Below, piece by piece: positions 37,584 to 47,609 of a DNA stretch of 64,000 nucleotides. The stretch's first letter is position 1. Every line of letters starts with the position of its first letter. The position numbers were made by a program, and so were the translations under genes. The notes below the pieces were generated by a model. That model saw only the letters and a list, made by a program, of their open reading frames with translations. It made no database searches and was not told the DNA's origin. This DNA comes from Cellvibrionales bacterium UBA1969 (GTDB taxonomy: Bacteria > Pseudomonadota > Gammaproteobacteria > Pseudomonadales > UBA7434), in assembly GCA_002339085.1 (NCBI GenBank), contig DDDX01000033.1:884-64883 (forward strand). The letters are read 5' to 3'.

Positions 37584-39278
37584 TTGAGTTGGGTGCTGAA
37601 AAAGATTATTCAATTTCTTCATACGCTTAAGAACTTAAAGCCAACACAGTTGGCTTTTTTCGCATTGCGACGGGGATTCGCGACTGCACTGGTAAAAGCG
37701 AAACAGACTCCTAATCTGAATTCTGACCTGATATTACATAGCCCTGTGGCTACGGTAGGTGTTTATAGAGAGAAATATAAATTCAAATTTTTAAATTTTG
37801 AAAAAGATATATCGGGTGTGCTTACAGATTGGTCGCCATCAGATGTTCCACGTTTATGGCGTTACAATTTACATTATTTTGACTATTTTCGGGATAAGGC
37901 CTGTTCTGAGTCTGAAAAAGCATCGTTAATTGAAGACTGGATTATACGCAATCCGCAAGGTAGTCAACCCGGTTGGGAGCCTTTTACTTGTAGCTTAAGA
38001 TTGGTTAATTGGATTTTTTATACCAAATTCAATCCTAATCAATGCAAACAATCTTTTTTAGATAGCCTTTATCTTCAAGCGCGTTGGCTTGAAAAAAATG
38101 ACGAGCGTCATATTTTAGCGAACCACTATTTTGAAAATTTAAAAGCCTTGTTATTTGCAGGCTGTTTTTTCCTTGGTAAAGATGCTGATCGCTGGCGAGA
38201 TAGAGCATTAGTTGAAATTCCAAAGCAATTACAAGAGCAAACATTACTAGATGGTGGTCATTATGAGCGTTCGCCTCAGTATCATGCCTTAATGCTTGAG
38301 AACTATCTTGATATCTATAATTTAGCCATTAATAACGGTGCTTTACTCAACCAACCATTTATCCAGCAGGTGAAACATCATGCGATTCGTGGTCTGGATT
38401 TTCTGAACACAATTGTTTTTCCAGATAATCAAATTCCATTGTTTAATGACTCGGCATTTAATATGGCGTCATCATTGAGCGATCTTAACAGTTATGCTGA
38501 ACGATTATTTTCTTATCAGCCGCCAGAAAGATCGATTACTTCCTCTATTATTGATAAACCTAATTCTGGTTTCTATGGGATTAAATCGGCTACTGACATG
38601 CTTTTGATGACCTGTGGTGAAATTGTTCCTGTCTATCAACCCGGCCATACTCATTGTGACCTTTTAAGTTTTGAGTTGATGATGGCCTCGAAAAGGGTGA
38701 TTGTTGATACAGGCGTTTATGAGTATGAGCCCGGTGAGCTACGTCATCATGTACGCTCAACTCGGGCACACAATACGATCTCAGTCGATGGCGATGAGCA
38801 ATCCGAGATTTGGGGTGAATTCCGTATCGCTAGACGGGCAAAAAAGCATGCTGCCTCGATTAAACAAATCGCTGATGATGTTTACATTACCGGTGAATAC
38901 AGTGGTTTTTACGGCGACACGGTAGGTTTTCAACCACGATTTAACCATCATCGATTGATCAATGTAAAGTTAGTTAAAGATGCTATCGATAAGGTCACAG
39001 TTGTTGATAAACTAAGAGGAAAGAATGCTCATACAATTGAAAGTCATGTGCATTTCCATCCAGATTTTAGCGCGCATGTTAATGATGATAATACCGTTAC
39101 ACTGAAGTGTCATGGACATGATTTTGCAGTATTAAGCTTTGATTCTCATTGTGATGCAAGGATTGAAAAAACGATTTACTGTCCTGAATTTGGCCTTAAA
39201 CAGCCTATTGATTGTTTGGTTATCTCCCGTTTTGGTGTTTTTCCCACTGAGCTAAGCTATCGGTTACAACGACTTTAA
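37584..39278 (+). CDS. heparinase II/III-like (alginate-lyase superfamily) protein
   Basis: ANHYFENLKAL in an alpha/alpha toroid-type region, and GHTHCDLLSFEL in the heparinase II/III C-terminal motif. TTG start; a GTG at 37593 is possible. Confidence 0.78.
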   Translation: MSWVLKKIIQFLHTLKNLKPTQLAFFALRRGFATALVKAKQTPNLNSDLILHSPVATVGVYREKYKFKFLNFEKDISGVLTDWSPSDVPRLWRYNLHYFDYFRDKACSESEKASLIEDWIIRNPQGSQPGWEPFTCSLRLVNWIFYTKFNPNQCKQSFLDSLYLQARWLEKNDERHILANHYFENLKALLFAGCFFLGKDADRWRDRALVEIPKQLQEQTLLDGGHYERSPQYHALMLENYLDIYNLAINNGALLNQPFIQQVKHHAIRGLDFLNTIVFPDNQIPLFNDSAFNMASSLSDLNSYAERLFSYQPPERSITSSIIDKPNSGFYGIKSATDMLLMTCGEIVPVYQPGHTHCDLLSFELMMASKRVIVDTGVYEYEPGELRHHVRSTRAHNTISVDGDEQSEIWGEFRIARRAKKHAASIKQIADDVYITGEYSGFYGDTVGFQPRFNHHRLINVKLVKDAIDKVTVVDKLRGKNAHTIESHVHFHPDFSAHVNDDNTVTLKCHGHDFAVLSFDSHCDARIEKTIYCPEFGLKQPIDCLVISRFGVFPTELSYRLQRL

Positions 39279-39280
39279 TT

Positions 39281-40501
39281 ATGAACATTCTTTTTTTATC
39301 ACATTATTTCCCACCGGAGGTTAACGCACCCGCTACGCGGACTTATGAGCATTGTAAGCGATGGGTTGAGCAAGGTCATTCGGTTACAGTTGTCAGCTGT
39401 GTACCGCATCACCCCATGGGTGAAGCTTACTCTGGCTATAAGAATAAGTGGTGGTTTGAAGAAAATAAAGACGGCATTCGAGCAATTAAAATAAAAACTT
39501 ACATAACGGCAAACGAAGGGTTTTTGAAGCGCACTCTTAATTACGTTATTTATATGCTTATGACTATTCTGACGGCCCCTTTTTTACCCAAATCCGATAT
39601 GGTGATTTCAACTTCCCCTCAGTTTTTTAATGGCTTGGCCGGTTATTTTGTCTCACGCATTAAGCGCGCCGCTTGGCTGTTAGAAATACGCGATCTTTGG
39701 CCAGAGTCTATTTTGGCTGTTGGGGCGATCAAAAATCGAGCGATCATTGGTTTTTTAGAATGCCTAGAGCGCTTTGCTTATCACAAAGCGAATGCGATCG
39801 TGCCAGTCACTCAGGCTTTTAAAGCTCACATTGTGAATTTAGGTGTGCCCGAAGAAAAAGTGTCAGTCATTCGAAATGGCGTAAATCTGGCTTTATTTGA
39901 GACCGTTACAAAAAATACAATACTCGCAAACGAATGGGGAATAAATGATAAGTTTGTTGCCGCCTATGTGGGTACCCATGGCATGGCGCATGGTCTCGAT
40001 ACGATTTTAGCGGCAGCTGAACGGCTCAGAGATAACCCTGATATTGTATTTTTAATGGTCGGCGATGGTTCAGAACGCGCGCGTCTAACTCAGGCAGTCA
40101 ATGATCGTCAATTAACGAATGTTGTTATGCAAAGACAGCAACCTAAGGCTATGATGCCTAAAATATGGTCAATTACGGATGTAAGCTTGGTGCTACTAAA
40201 ACGGCTCGATTTATTTAAAACCGTGATACCCTCAAAGATCTTTGAGAGTATGGCCATGTCGGTGCCTATCGTTCTAGGCGTTGAAGGTGAAGTAAAAGCC
40301 ATTATTGAACAAGCGCAAACCGGACTTTGTATTGAGCCGGAATCAGCAGAACAGCTGGCTAATGCTTTACTTGAATTAAAAGAAGATCGGGCACTTTATA
40401 CGCAACTCTCAGCTCGTGGAAGGCCTTACGTATCTAGTGAGTTCGATCGAAAAGTCCTTGCAGATCAATACCTTAAAATAATAGAAAAACTCGTCGCTTA
40501 G
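39281..40501 (+). CDS. glycosyltransferase family 4, WbuB/WcaI-like
   Basis: MNILFLSHYFPPEVNAPATRTYEH N-terminus, typical of WbuB-like GTs. The C-terminal motif is PSKIFESMAMSVPIVLG. Confidence 0.85.
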   Translation: MNILFLSHYFPPEVNAPATRTYEHCKRWVEQGHSVTVVSCVPHHPMGEAYSGYKNKWWFEENKDGIRAIKIKTYITANEGFLKRTLNYVIYMLMTILTAPFLPKSDMVISTSPQFFNGLAGYFVSRIKRAAWLLEIRDLWPESILAVGAIKNRAIIGFLECLERFAYHKANAIVPVTQAFKAHIVNLGVPEEKVSVIRNGVNLALFETVTKNTILANEWGINDKFVAAYVGTHGMAHGLDTILAAAERLRDNPDIVFLMVGDGSERARLTQAVNDRQLTNVVMQRQQPKAMMPKIWSITDVSLVLLKRLDLFKTVIPSKIFESMAMSVPIVLGVEGEVKAIIEQAQTGLCIEPESAEQLANALLELKEDRALYTQLSARGRPYVSSEFDRKVLADQYLKIIEKLVA

Positions 40502-40522
40502 TCTACACTTAATTATTGTAAT

Positions 40523-40548
40523 GGAGATGCGATGTCTCCCTAATTTTC
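40523..40548 (+). terminator. possible weak terminator/attenuator between the WbuB-like gene and xrtA
   Basis: GGAGA-N7-TCTCC stem followed by CTAATTTTCG. The stem is only 5 bp. Confidence 0.25.
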
Positions 40549-40599
40549 GTTCAAAAAGCAACCAATTTTTCTTGATTGCCCTAGATTTATAAATGAGTA

Positions 40600-42171
40600 A
40601 TGAATATGGATATAAGATCGATTGTATTAAGTAAACAATCCTTGCTGTTAGTGCTTGCCATCGCATTATTGGCATGGGTTTGTTACGACGGTTTAGCATT
40701 GATGGTGTTGTGGTGGGAGCGAGACGAATACAGTCACGGTTATATGATTCCGCTAGTGGCCTTGTATTTATTATGGCAAAAACGCTATGTATTGGCTGAA
40801 CAAGCAGAATCCGGCTCATACCTAGGCGTGCTGATGTTATTAGGCGCATTAATAGCGTGGTTATTAGGTGAGTTGAGTGCAATCTATGCCATTATTCAAT
40901 ATGCATTTTTTATAGGTTTATTTGGCTTAGCTTTATTATGGGTGGGTGTTCGTGGCACATTGGCGGTTTGGGCGCCTATTTTTTATCTAATTTTCATGAT
41001 CCCACTACCTAATTTCTTATATTTCAATTTATCGCAAGAACTGCAGCTTATCTCATCCAGTATTGGCGTGTTTGTTATTCGTTTATTCGATATATCGGTT
41101 TTTTTAGAGGGCAATGTAATTGATTTAGGCACGTATCAATTACAGGTAGTCGAGGCCTGCAGCGGTCTACGTTATTTATTTCCTTTGATGAGCTTCGGTT
41201 TTTTAATTTCCTATATTTATCGAGGTCCTGTGTGGCAGAAGCTGATTATCTTTTTTTCAACTATTCCTATTACGGTATTGATGAATAGCTTTCGCATCGG
41301 CGTGATTGGCGTGACCGTCGAATACTTTGGCATCGCTGCTGCCGAAGGATTTTTACATGACTTTGAGGGCTGGATCATTTTTATGACCTGCCTAGGTGTG
41401 TTGCTTTTTGAAATCTGGTTATTTTATTTATTTTCATCTAAAGATAAGCCATTTGGTGAATTGTTTGATTTAGATTTTGGTGCGGGTCGAGAAGAAGACA
41501 AACCGAAATTAGTTAAGGTTATTCAGCTAGCGTCTCCTGCCTGGTTAGGTGTTGTGTTGCTAATTTTAGCGGTGCCTACCTCCATGTATTTTGCTGATCG
41601 TCAAGACTTGGTACCCGAACGTAGCGAATTTATTGATTTTCCTGTCGAGCATGAAGGTTGGACAGGACGGCTGGATAAATTAGATACAGACGTTTTAGAT
41701 GTGCTTCAGCTTTCTGATTACCACATTGCTAATTACTATCAAGAGGATGACGCCGCGGTCAACTTCTACGTCGCTTGGTACCAAGAACAGCGTAAGGGCG
41801 CGTCCATTCACTCGCCTAAGTCTTGTTTGCCCGGCGGTGGTTGGCAAATTAAAACGCATACCATTGAAACGGTTGGCGGTATTGAGCGAGGTGGCCAAAG
41901 TTTAGTGGTTAATCGCGTAAATATGCAGATGGGTAATAGTAATCAGCTAGTTTACTACTGGTTTGAGGGCCGCAGTCGCAATATCACTAATGAATACATA
42001 GCCAAATGGTTTGTGTTTTGGGACTCCTTGACTCGTCAACGCACCGATGGCGCCTTAGTACGTCTAGTGACCTATGTGCCCGAGGGCAGTGACATAGCCT
42101 TAGCTGATCAACGAATAGCTAAATTCATAAAAGATTTTGATCCACTGTTACCCGCTTATATTCCTGAATAG
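40600..42171 (+). CDS. xrtA: exosortase A fused to an EpsI-family domain
   Basis: Exosortase motifs ERDEYSHGY, EACSGLRYL (Cys codon 41158-41160), NSFRIG and LHDFEGW. An extra TM helix follows, then an EpsI-like domain (SDYHIANYY...VAWYQEQRKGASIHSPKSCLPGGGW...YYWFEGRSR...DGALVRL). Confidence 0.9.
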   Translation: MNMDIRSIVLSKQSLLLVLAIALLAWVCYDGLALMVLWWERDEYSHGYMIPLVALYLLWQKRYVLAEQAESGSYLGVLMLLGALIAWLLGELSAIYAIIQYAFFIGLFGLALLWVGVRGTLAVWAPIFYLIFMIPLPNFLYFNLSQELQLISSSIGVFVIRLFDISVFLEGNVIDLGTYQLQVVEACSGLRYLFPLMSFGFLISYIYRGPVWQKLIIFFSTIPITVLMNSFRIGVIGVTVEYFGIAAAEGFLHDFEGWIIFMTCLGVLLFEIWLFYLFSSKDKPFGELFDLDFGAGREEDKPKLVKVIQLASPAWLGVVLLILAVPTSMYFADRQDLVPERSEFIDFPVEHEGWTGRLDKLDTDVLDVLQLSDYHIANYYQEDDAAVNFYVAWYQEQRKGASIHSPKSCLPGGGWQIKTHTIETVGGIERGGQSLVVNRVNMQMGNSNQLVYYWFEGRSRNITNEYIAKWFVFWDSLTRQRTDGALVRLVTYVPEGSDIALADQRIAKFIKDFDPLLPAYIPE

Positions 42172-42242
42172 TTTGGTGTTGGTATTAATGAAAATAATAA
42201 ATATGATGCTTGGCGATAAGTCAAAAATAGGAAAACTGTAAA

Positions 42243-43871
42243 GTGGAAATTGCGATTTGCCTTGCCTTAGCACTCTTCTTAAGTACGGCTTTAGTACCCG
42301 TTGCAATACGTTATGCGCCAGTATTAGGCCTAGTAGACCAGCCCGATAACGATCGAAAAATTCATCATAATCCTATACCTCGCTGTGGTGGCTTGGCCAT
42401 TATTGTGGCTGTGTTGTGCTCAGTTGCGTTTTGGCTAAATGACTTATCACAGTTTTACACCTTATTTCTTGGGGCTTTCACTATTGCATTGTTTGGCTTC
42501 TTAGACGATCGTCATGATTTAAACTATAAATGGAAATTTCTGGGTCAGATCATTGCCGTGGCTATTTTTTTAATGGGCAATATAGAGATTACAAAAACGC
42601 CTTTTTTAGGTCTAGGTAATATAGCGCCAATACTGAGTTACGGCATTATGGCGTTGTTTATCTTGGGTGTTACAAATGCGGTGAACTTAACCGATGGCCT
42701 CGATGGTTTAGCGGCAGGGAGTAGCCTTCTGGGTTTGGGTTTTATAGCTTACTTAAGTGTTATGTCTGGTGATTATTCAATTACCCTTATTGTGGCTGCG
42801 GTAGTGGGCTCGATCTTAGGCTTTTTACGCTTCAATACACACCCAGCCAGTGTATTTATGGGCGATGCAGGCAGTCAATTTCTAGGCTACCTAGCCGCCT
42901 GCCTAGCTATTTTAGTTACCCAGTCAGAGGCTTCCGCCGTGAGTCCTGCATTGGCTGTATTAATTGTCGGCATGCCTATTTTAGATACCTTGATGGTGAT
43001 GACACTGCGAATAAAAGACGGAAAGTCGCCATTTTATCCCGATAAACGCCATATTCACCATCAATTACTAGACATAGGTTTAAAGCATTACCAAGCAGTT
43101 GCCGTGCTATATTTGTTGAACTTTTTATTACTATTAACCGCCTATGCTTGTCGATTTGAATCGGATCCTACGGTCATAGCTTGTTATTTGTTTTTTTCAG
43201 TTTCAACATTAGTGGTGATTGTATCGCTGAGAAGGTCAGACATTTTAGCACATAGACGTTCGTTACATTTAGAGAGGGATAGAAGAAATACCTTATTAAG
43301 AAAATTCTCATGGGTCTATCATCATGGGCCTATGGCATTGCAGTATGTACTTGGTATTACTTGGCTGGTGCTGCTTGCATCTGTAGGGCCACAAGATTTT
43401 TCTTTAGGGATTATTTCTTTAATAGCGGTAGCGCTTATTGTTATTACTTTTCGATACGCCGATGAATATCGATTATTTTCACGAGCTATCTTGTACTCAG
43501 CATCAATATTGTCAACATTTGCCGGTGTTTATCAAGTGATGACACTCTCTGTCAATATGGGTTTTGATGTATTATGGGTGGATTTCTTCTTGTTGATACT
43601 CATCATAATGCTTGGCTTATCAATCAGGATGACTCGTAAAGAGTTATTCCATTTAGATACTCAAGATATTTTAGTATTATTGGTACTTTTAGCGGCAAGT
43701 TTTTTAGTAGTTAGTTTTGGCAGTGATAGTTTACTTATTAGTGCCGCTATCCGGGTTTCTGTGATGCTCTATGCTGCTGAGTTTATTATAAACCGCTGCG
43801 ATAAATTAGTTATTTCAAAATTGTTTGCTTTATTTGCATTTTTGGTAATCGGTGTTAAAAGTTTTCTTTAA
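42243..43871 (+). CDS. polyprenyl-phosphate N-acetylhexosamine-1-phosphate transferase (WecA/MraY family) with an extra C-terminal membrane domain
   Basis: DDRHDL, NAVNLTDGLDGLA, VFMGDAGSQFLGY and PDKRHIHH motifs fall in the first ~330 aa. A further ~200 aa of about 6 hydrophobic helices follows. GTG start. Confidence 0.85.
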   Translation: MEIAICLALALFLSTALVPVAIRYAPVLGLVDQPDNDRKIHHNPIPRCGGLAIIVAVLCSVAFWLNDLSQFYTLFLGAFTIALFGFLDDRHDLNYKWKFLGQIIAVAIFLMGNIEITKTPFLGLGNIAPILSYGIMALFILGVTNAVNLTDGLDGLAAGSSLLGLGFIAYLSVMSGDYSITLIVAAVVGSILGFLRFNTHPASVFMGDAGSQFLGYLAACLAILVTQSEASAVSPALAVLIVGMPILDTLMVMTLRIKDGKSPFYPDKRHIHHQLLDIGLKHYQAVAVLYLLNFLLLLTAYACRFESDPTVIACYLFFSVSTLVVIVSLRRSDILAHRRSLHLERDRRNTLLRKFSWVYHHGPMALQYVLGITWLVLLASVGPQDFSLGIISLIAVALIVITFRYADEYRLFSRAILYSASILSTFAGVYQVMTLSVNMGFDVLWVDFFLLILIIMLGLSIRMTRKELFHLDTQDILVLLVLLAASFLVVSFGSDSLLISAAIRVSVMLYAAEFIINRCDKLVISKLFALFAFLVIGVKSFL

Positions 43872-43901
43872 TTATGTCATTATTATAAAGGTGTTATTCC
43901 T

Positions 43902-46298
43902 ATGTTAATTAATAGCCTTCGATCATCTGTTCTTTTTTTATTCTTGACTACACTGTTAATCGCTTGCAGTGGTGGCGAGGACCGTCAAGCTAAATATCTA
44001 GAGCGTGCAAAAAACTATCTTGAATTAGAGAATTATGATAAGGCACGCATTGAGGCAAAAAATGTTTTGCAGATTAACCCTAAAAATGCTGCCGCACGAT
44101 ATGTACTAGGTGAGATTAATTTTATTGATGGCGATATCAGAAAAGCCTATGGTAATTTTCTATCAGTGCTGGATTTAGAGCCTGAAAATATCGAGGCCAA
44201 TATTGCGATGGCGCGTATCTATGTCGGCGTGAGAGATTTCCCTAAAGGGCTAGAGCATTGCGATACGGTTCTGGCAGTCGAGCCTGAGAATGCTGAGGCT
44301 ATGAATTTTAAGGCGCTTTTGCTTTCTGCCAGCGGTGAAGAAGAGCAAGGTCAAATCTTGGCGGAGCAGGCTTTAGCGATTGATCCAGGTTTAACTGAGG
44401 CCCTAGGCGTGGTCGTTCAAAAACTGTTTAATACAGAAGATTTTGACCAGGCCCTTAAGATTTTAGAGCGAGGCCAAGCGGCCAACCCTGAAGAAACGCG
44501 TATTACCTCAATGAAAATATCGTTGTTTGAATCGATGGATAGGCAGGAGGATGTTGAGGCTGAACTCAAAAAGCTTTCTGACCAGTACCCTGAAGAGCAG
44601 CGCTATGCGACAACATTGGCGCGTTATTATATTCGTGAGGGAGAAGTCGATGCTGCTGAGACCACACTACGATCATTTTCTGAATCTAATGAGGAGGATG
44701 TTTCGGCCAAGCTAGCGATCATTTCTTTCTTGCTTCAACAGCGTACTAAAGAAGATGCTATCGCTGAGGCGCAGGCATTGATTAACGACGAGCCTGATCA
44801 AAGCGATTTTTATCTCGCCTTATCAGAATTACACCTATTTACAGGCGATGTTGATGATGGTCGGAAAGTATTAAATGCCTTGATCGACAGAGATCCACGC
44901 AGTGTCGGCTCGATCAATGCCCGTAATGTGCTGGCCGATACTTTCCTAAAAGAGGAAGATAAAGAATCTGCTATGAGTTTGCTTGATGAGGTACTTGATA
45001 TAGAGCCTGAAAATATCACAGCATTATTAAAGCGTGCCCAGATGGTGTTGCTTGATGGTAAGGCAAAAGAAGGGATAGCTAACTTACGTGTAGTGCTAAA
45101 AAATGAGCCTGATTCTCTACCAGCCTTAAAGTTGTTAGCAGGAGCCCAGGAGTTAGAAGGCAGGCTTGATTTGGCGCTGGATAACATGAAAAAAATCATT
45201 GCCCTAGAGGATCCTGTTTTAGAAAGCTTAGCCAATGCTGCTCGTATTGCTCTAGCTCTTGAGCAATATAAGGAAGCTGAAGGTTTTATTCGTGAGGCCT
45301 TGAAATTAGATGAAAACAATACAAGTCTAGTGTCAAATTTAATTCAATTATTAGTTTTAAAAGAAGATTATGATTCGGCTAAAAATTTCGCTGATCAATT
45401 AATCGCTTCTGACACATCTAAAGCCTTAGGCTATTTTTTAAAGGCTAATTTAGAGCTAAGGCTAGAAGAGTTTTCTGCCGCAACGGCTAATCTAAAAAAA
45501 TCCTTAGTAAGTGAGCCGAAAGGTGTTGAATCGTTAACTGCTTTATCCAGGCTGGTTACTCAGGAACAAGGAATTGATAAGGCAGTAAGCTTTGTTGGCG
45601 ATCACTGTAAGCAATATCCCAAGCAGGCACATTGCCATTATATTTTAGGTTCTCTGTTTGCTCAAAATCAGCAGTTTGATAATGCTATTGAGTCAATCGA
45701 GGAGGCCATTAACTTAAATGATCAGTTACAACCGGCGTATCGGCAGTTAGCCAAGATTTATGGTTTTAGGCGAGATGCTGATGCTGTCGCCGAGGTCTTG
45801 GGTCGAGGTTATGAGAAAACTAATGAGCCGTCATTAGCATTTGATCTGGCTTCTTTTTATTACCAAATCCAAAATTATGAAGCGGCCAGCGAGGTTTATG
45901 AAGAATTAATAGAAAATAATGAAGGCGCATTATCGGCGATTAATAACTTAGCTATGATTTATGCTCAGCAGTTGCGTTCGCCTGAAAATTTGAAAAAAGC
46001 GCTGGCCTTAACAGCCGATCTTCAAGACGCTGACAACCCCGCTTTTCTAGACACGGTTGGCTGGGTATTTTATTTAACCGGTGATTATGAACGAGCCTTA
46101 ACCTATGTTCAGGCGGCGGTTGACAAAGTTGGTAGTGCAGGGGAGCTACAATACCATTTGGGGATGATATTTCTGAAAATGGGCGACATTGAAAACGCTA
46201 AGATCCATTTGACGCTTGCCGTTGAAAATGAAAATGCTCGTTATGGAGGCTTGGATATTGCAAAAAGGTCACTGGCTGAACTGCAAGCTGAGGGATGA
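43902..46298 (+). CDS. prsT: PEP-CTERM-system TPR-repeat lipoprotein (PrsT-like)
   Basis: Lipobox LLIACSGG. The 798-aa protein is almost entirely TPR repeats. Its position next to xrtA is typical of exosortase A loci. Confidence 0.8.
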   Translation: MLINSLRSSVLFLFLTTLLIACSGGEDRQAKYLERAKNYLELENYDKARIEAKNVLQINPKNAAARYVLGEINFIDGDIRKAYGNFLSVLDLEPENIEANIAMARIYVGVRDFPKGLEHCDTVLAVEPENAEAMNFKALLLSASGEEEQGQILAEQALAIDPGLTEALGVVVQKLFNTEDFDQALKILERGQAANPEETRITSMKISLFESMDRQEDVEAELKKLSDQYPEEQRYATTLARYYIREGEVDAAETTLRSFSESNEEDVSAKLAIISFLLQQRTKEDAIAEAQALINDEPDQSDFYLALSELHLFTGDVDDGRKVLNALIDRDPRSVGSINARNVLADTFLKEEDKESAMSLLDEVLDIEPENITALLKRAQMVLLDGKAKEGIANLRVVLKNEPDSLPALKLLAGAQELEGRLDLALDNMKKIIALEDPVLESLANAARIALALEQYKEAEGFIREALKLDENNTSLVSNLIQLLVLKEDYDSAKNFADQLIASDTSKALGYFLKANLELRLEEFSAATANLKKSLVSEPKGVESLTALSRLVTQEQGIDKAVSFVGDHCKQYPKQAHCHYILGSLFAQNQQFDNAIESIEEAINLNDQLQPAYRQLAKIYGFRRDADAVAEVLGRGYEKTNEPSLAFDLASFYYQIQNYEAASEVYEELIENNEGALSAINNLAMIYAQQLRSPENLKKALALTADLQDADNPAFLDTVGWVFYLTGDYERALTYVQAAVDKVGSAGELQYHLGMIFLKMGDIENAKIHLTLAVENENARYGGLDIAKRSLAELQAEG

Positions 46299-47449
46299 AA
46301 GCGGTGAGTTTCAAAGTATTATCGGTGTTTGGTACTCGTCCTGAAGCAATTAAAATGGCGCCAGTTGTGTTGGCGCTTCAGGCCAGCCAACAAGTCGAGG
46401 CAAAGGTATGTGTGACCGCCCAGCATCGTCAAATGTTAGATCAAGTACTGGACCTGTTTAATATCACACCCGATTATGATTTAGACGTGATGCAAGCGAA
46501 TCAAGATCTTTACGATATTACCTCGCGAATTCTATTGGGTCTGCGAGATGTGTTAAAAGAGTATCAGCCTGACTTGGTTCTCGTTCACGGTGACACAACA
46601 ACTTGTTTTGCCGTTAGCTTAGCAGCTTTTTATCAGCAGATTCCAGTTGGCCATGTAGAAGCGGGCCTACGAACGGGTGATCTGTCAGCGCCATTTCCTG
46701 AAGAGGCGAATCGAAGCTTGGTTGGTCGTTTGGCGCAGTTTCACTTTGCACCGACTGAATTATCCCGTCAAAACCTATTAAGTGAGTCGATTGATGATCA
46801 GCAGATTACCGTTACTGGAAATACGGTCATTGATGCCTTGCTATGGGTTAAACAGCGTTTAGCCTCCTATGATGACTCTGTGTGGCAGTCAGCGATTGGC
46901 GGGCCACTTTTTGCTCGTTTGCATAATAACGATACCCCGATGATATTAATTACCGGTCATAGGCGCGAAAACTTTGGCCAGGGTTTTGTTGATTTATGTT
47001 CAGCAATAAAACAGCTGGCCGAAGCGCACAGTGATTGGGAGTTCGTTTATCCAGTTCATTTAAACCCCAATGTACAGCAGCCGGTATATGATATTCTGGC
47101 GGGCTTGGGGAATGTGAGCTTGATCGATCCACAAGATTATTTGCCCTTTACTTGGTTAATGAATCGCAGTGCCTTAATTTTAACCGACTCGGGGGGTATT
47201 CAAGAGGAGGCGCCGTCATTGGGTAAGCCAGTGCTGGTGATGCGTGATGTCACTGAGCGGCCAGAGGCTGTTGAAGCAGGTACGGTGCGTTTAGTTGGCA
47301 CTGACAAGGCTGAAATTATTCAGCACGTCGAAGGCGTTATGCTAGATTCTGCGATCTATGAAGCTATGTCGAAAGCCCATAATCCCTATGGTGATGGCCA
47401 GGCGGCCACACGCATCGTAAAAGTCATCGAATCACTCATTAGCTGCTAA
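46295..47449 (+). CDS. wecB: UDP-N-acetylglucosamine 2-epimerase (non-hydrolysing)
   Basis: [49 protein letters not shown] and NPYGDG. The start overlaps the prsT stop (ATGA). Confidence 0.92.
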   Translation: MKAVSFKVLSVFGTRPEAIKMAPVVLALQASQQVEAKVCVTAQHRQMLDQVLDLFNITPDYDLDVMQANQDLYDITSRILLGLRDVLKEYQPDLVLVHGDTTTCFAVSLAAFYQQIPVGHVEAGLRTGDLSAPFPEEANRSLVGRLAQFHFAPTELSRQNLLSESIDDQQITVTGNTVIDALLWVKQRLASYDDSVWQSAIGGPLFARLHNNDTPMILITGHRRENFGQGFVDLCSAIKQLAEAHSDWEFVYPVHLNPNVQQPVYDILAGLGNVSLIDPQDYLPFTWLMNRSALILTDSGGIQEEAPSLGKPVLVMRDVTERPEAVEAGTVRLVGTDKAEIIQHVEGVMLDSAIYEAMSKAHNPYGDGQAATRIVKVIESLISC

Positions 47450-47463
47450 ATAGACTGCTATCG

Positions 47464-47500
47464 GCCATTTTCCCATAGTTAATAGAATGGCTTTTATTAT
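47464..47500 (+). terminator. possible intrinsic terminator at the end of the EPS locus
   Basis: GCCATT-N16-AATGGC followed by TTTTATTATTTT. The stem is short and the loop long. Confidence 0.3.
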
Positions 47501-47609
47501 TTTCTCTTCAGCAACCGATCTTAAAGTGTTTTTTATCTCGCTTGGCTAGTTACCCAGCCCCAGTGCTGTGAGATAATATTCCTCCAAATTAAGAGGGAGT
47601 CATACTGTT

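Noticed and set aside
40409-40882. 157-aa minus-strand ORF spanning the WbuB-like/xrtA junction
   Set aside because: It overlaps two confidently called + strand genes, and I recognised no domain in the translation. Most likely it is a chance open frame in AT-rich sequence.
44810-45319. 169-aa ORF antisense to the PrsT-like TPR gene
   Set aside because: It lies entirely inside a well-supported + strand gene. Its Ser/Ala/Phe-rich, low-complexity translation is typical of the reverse frame of TPR coding sequence. There is no RBS or motif.
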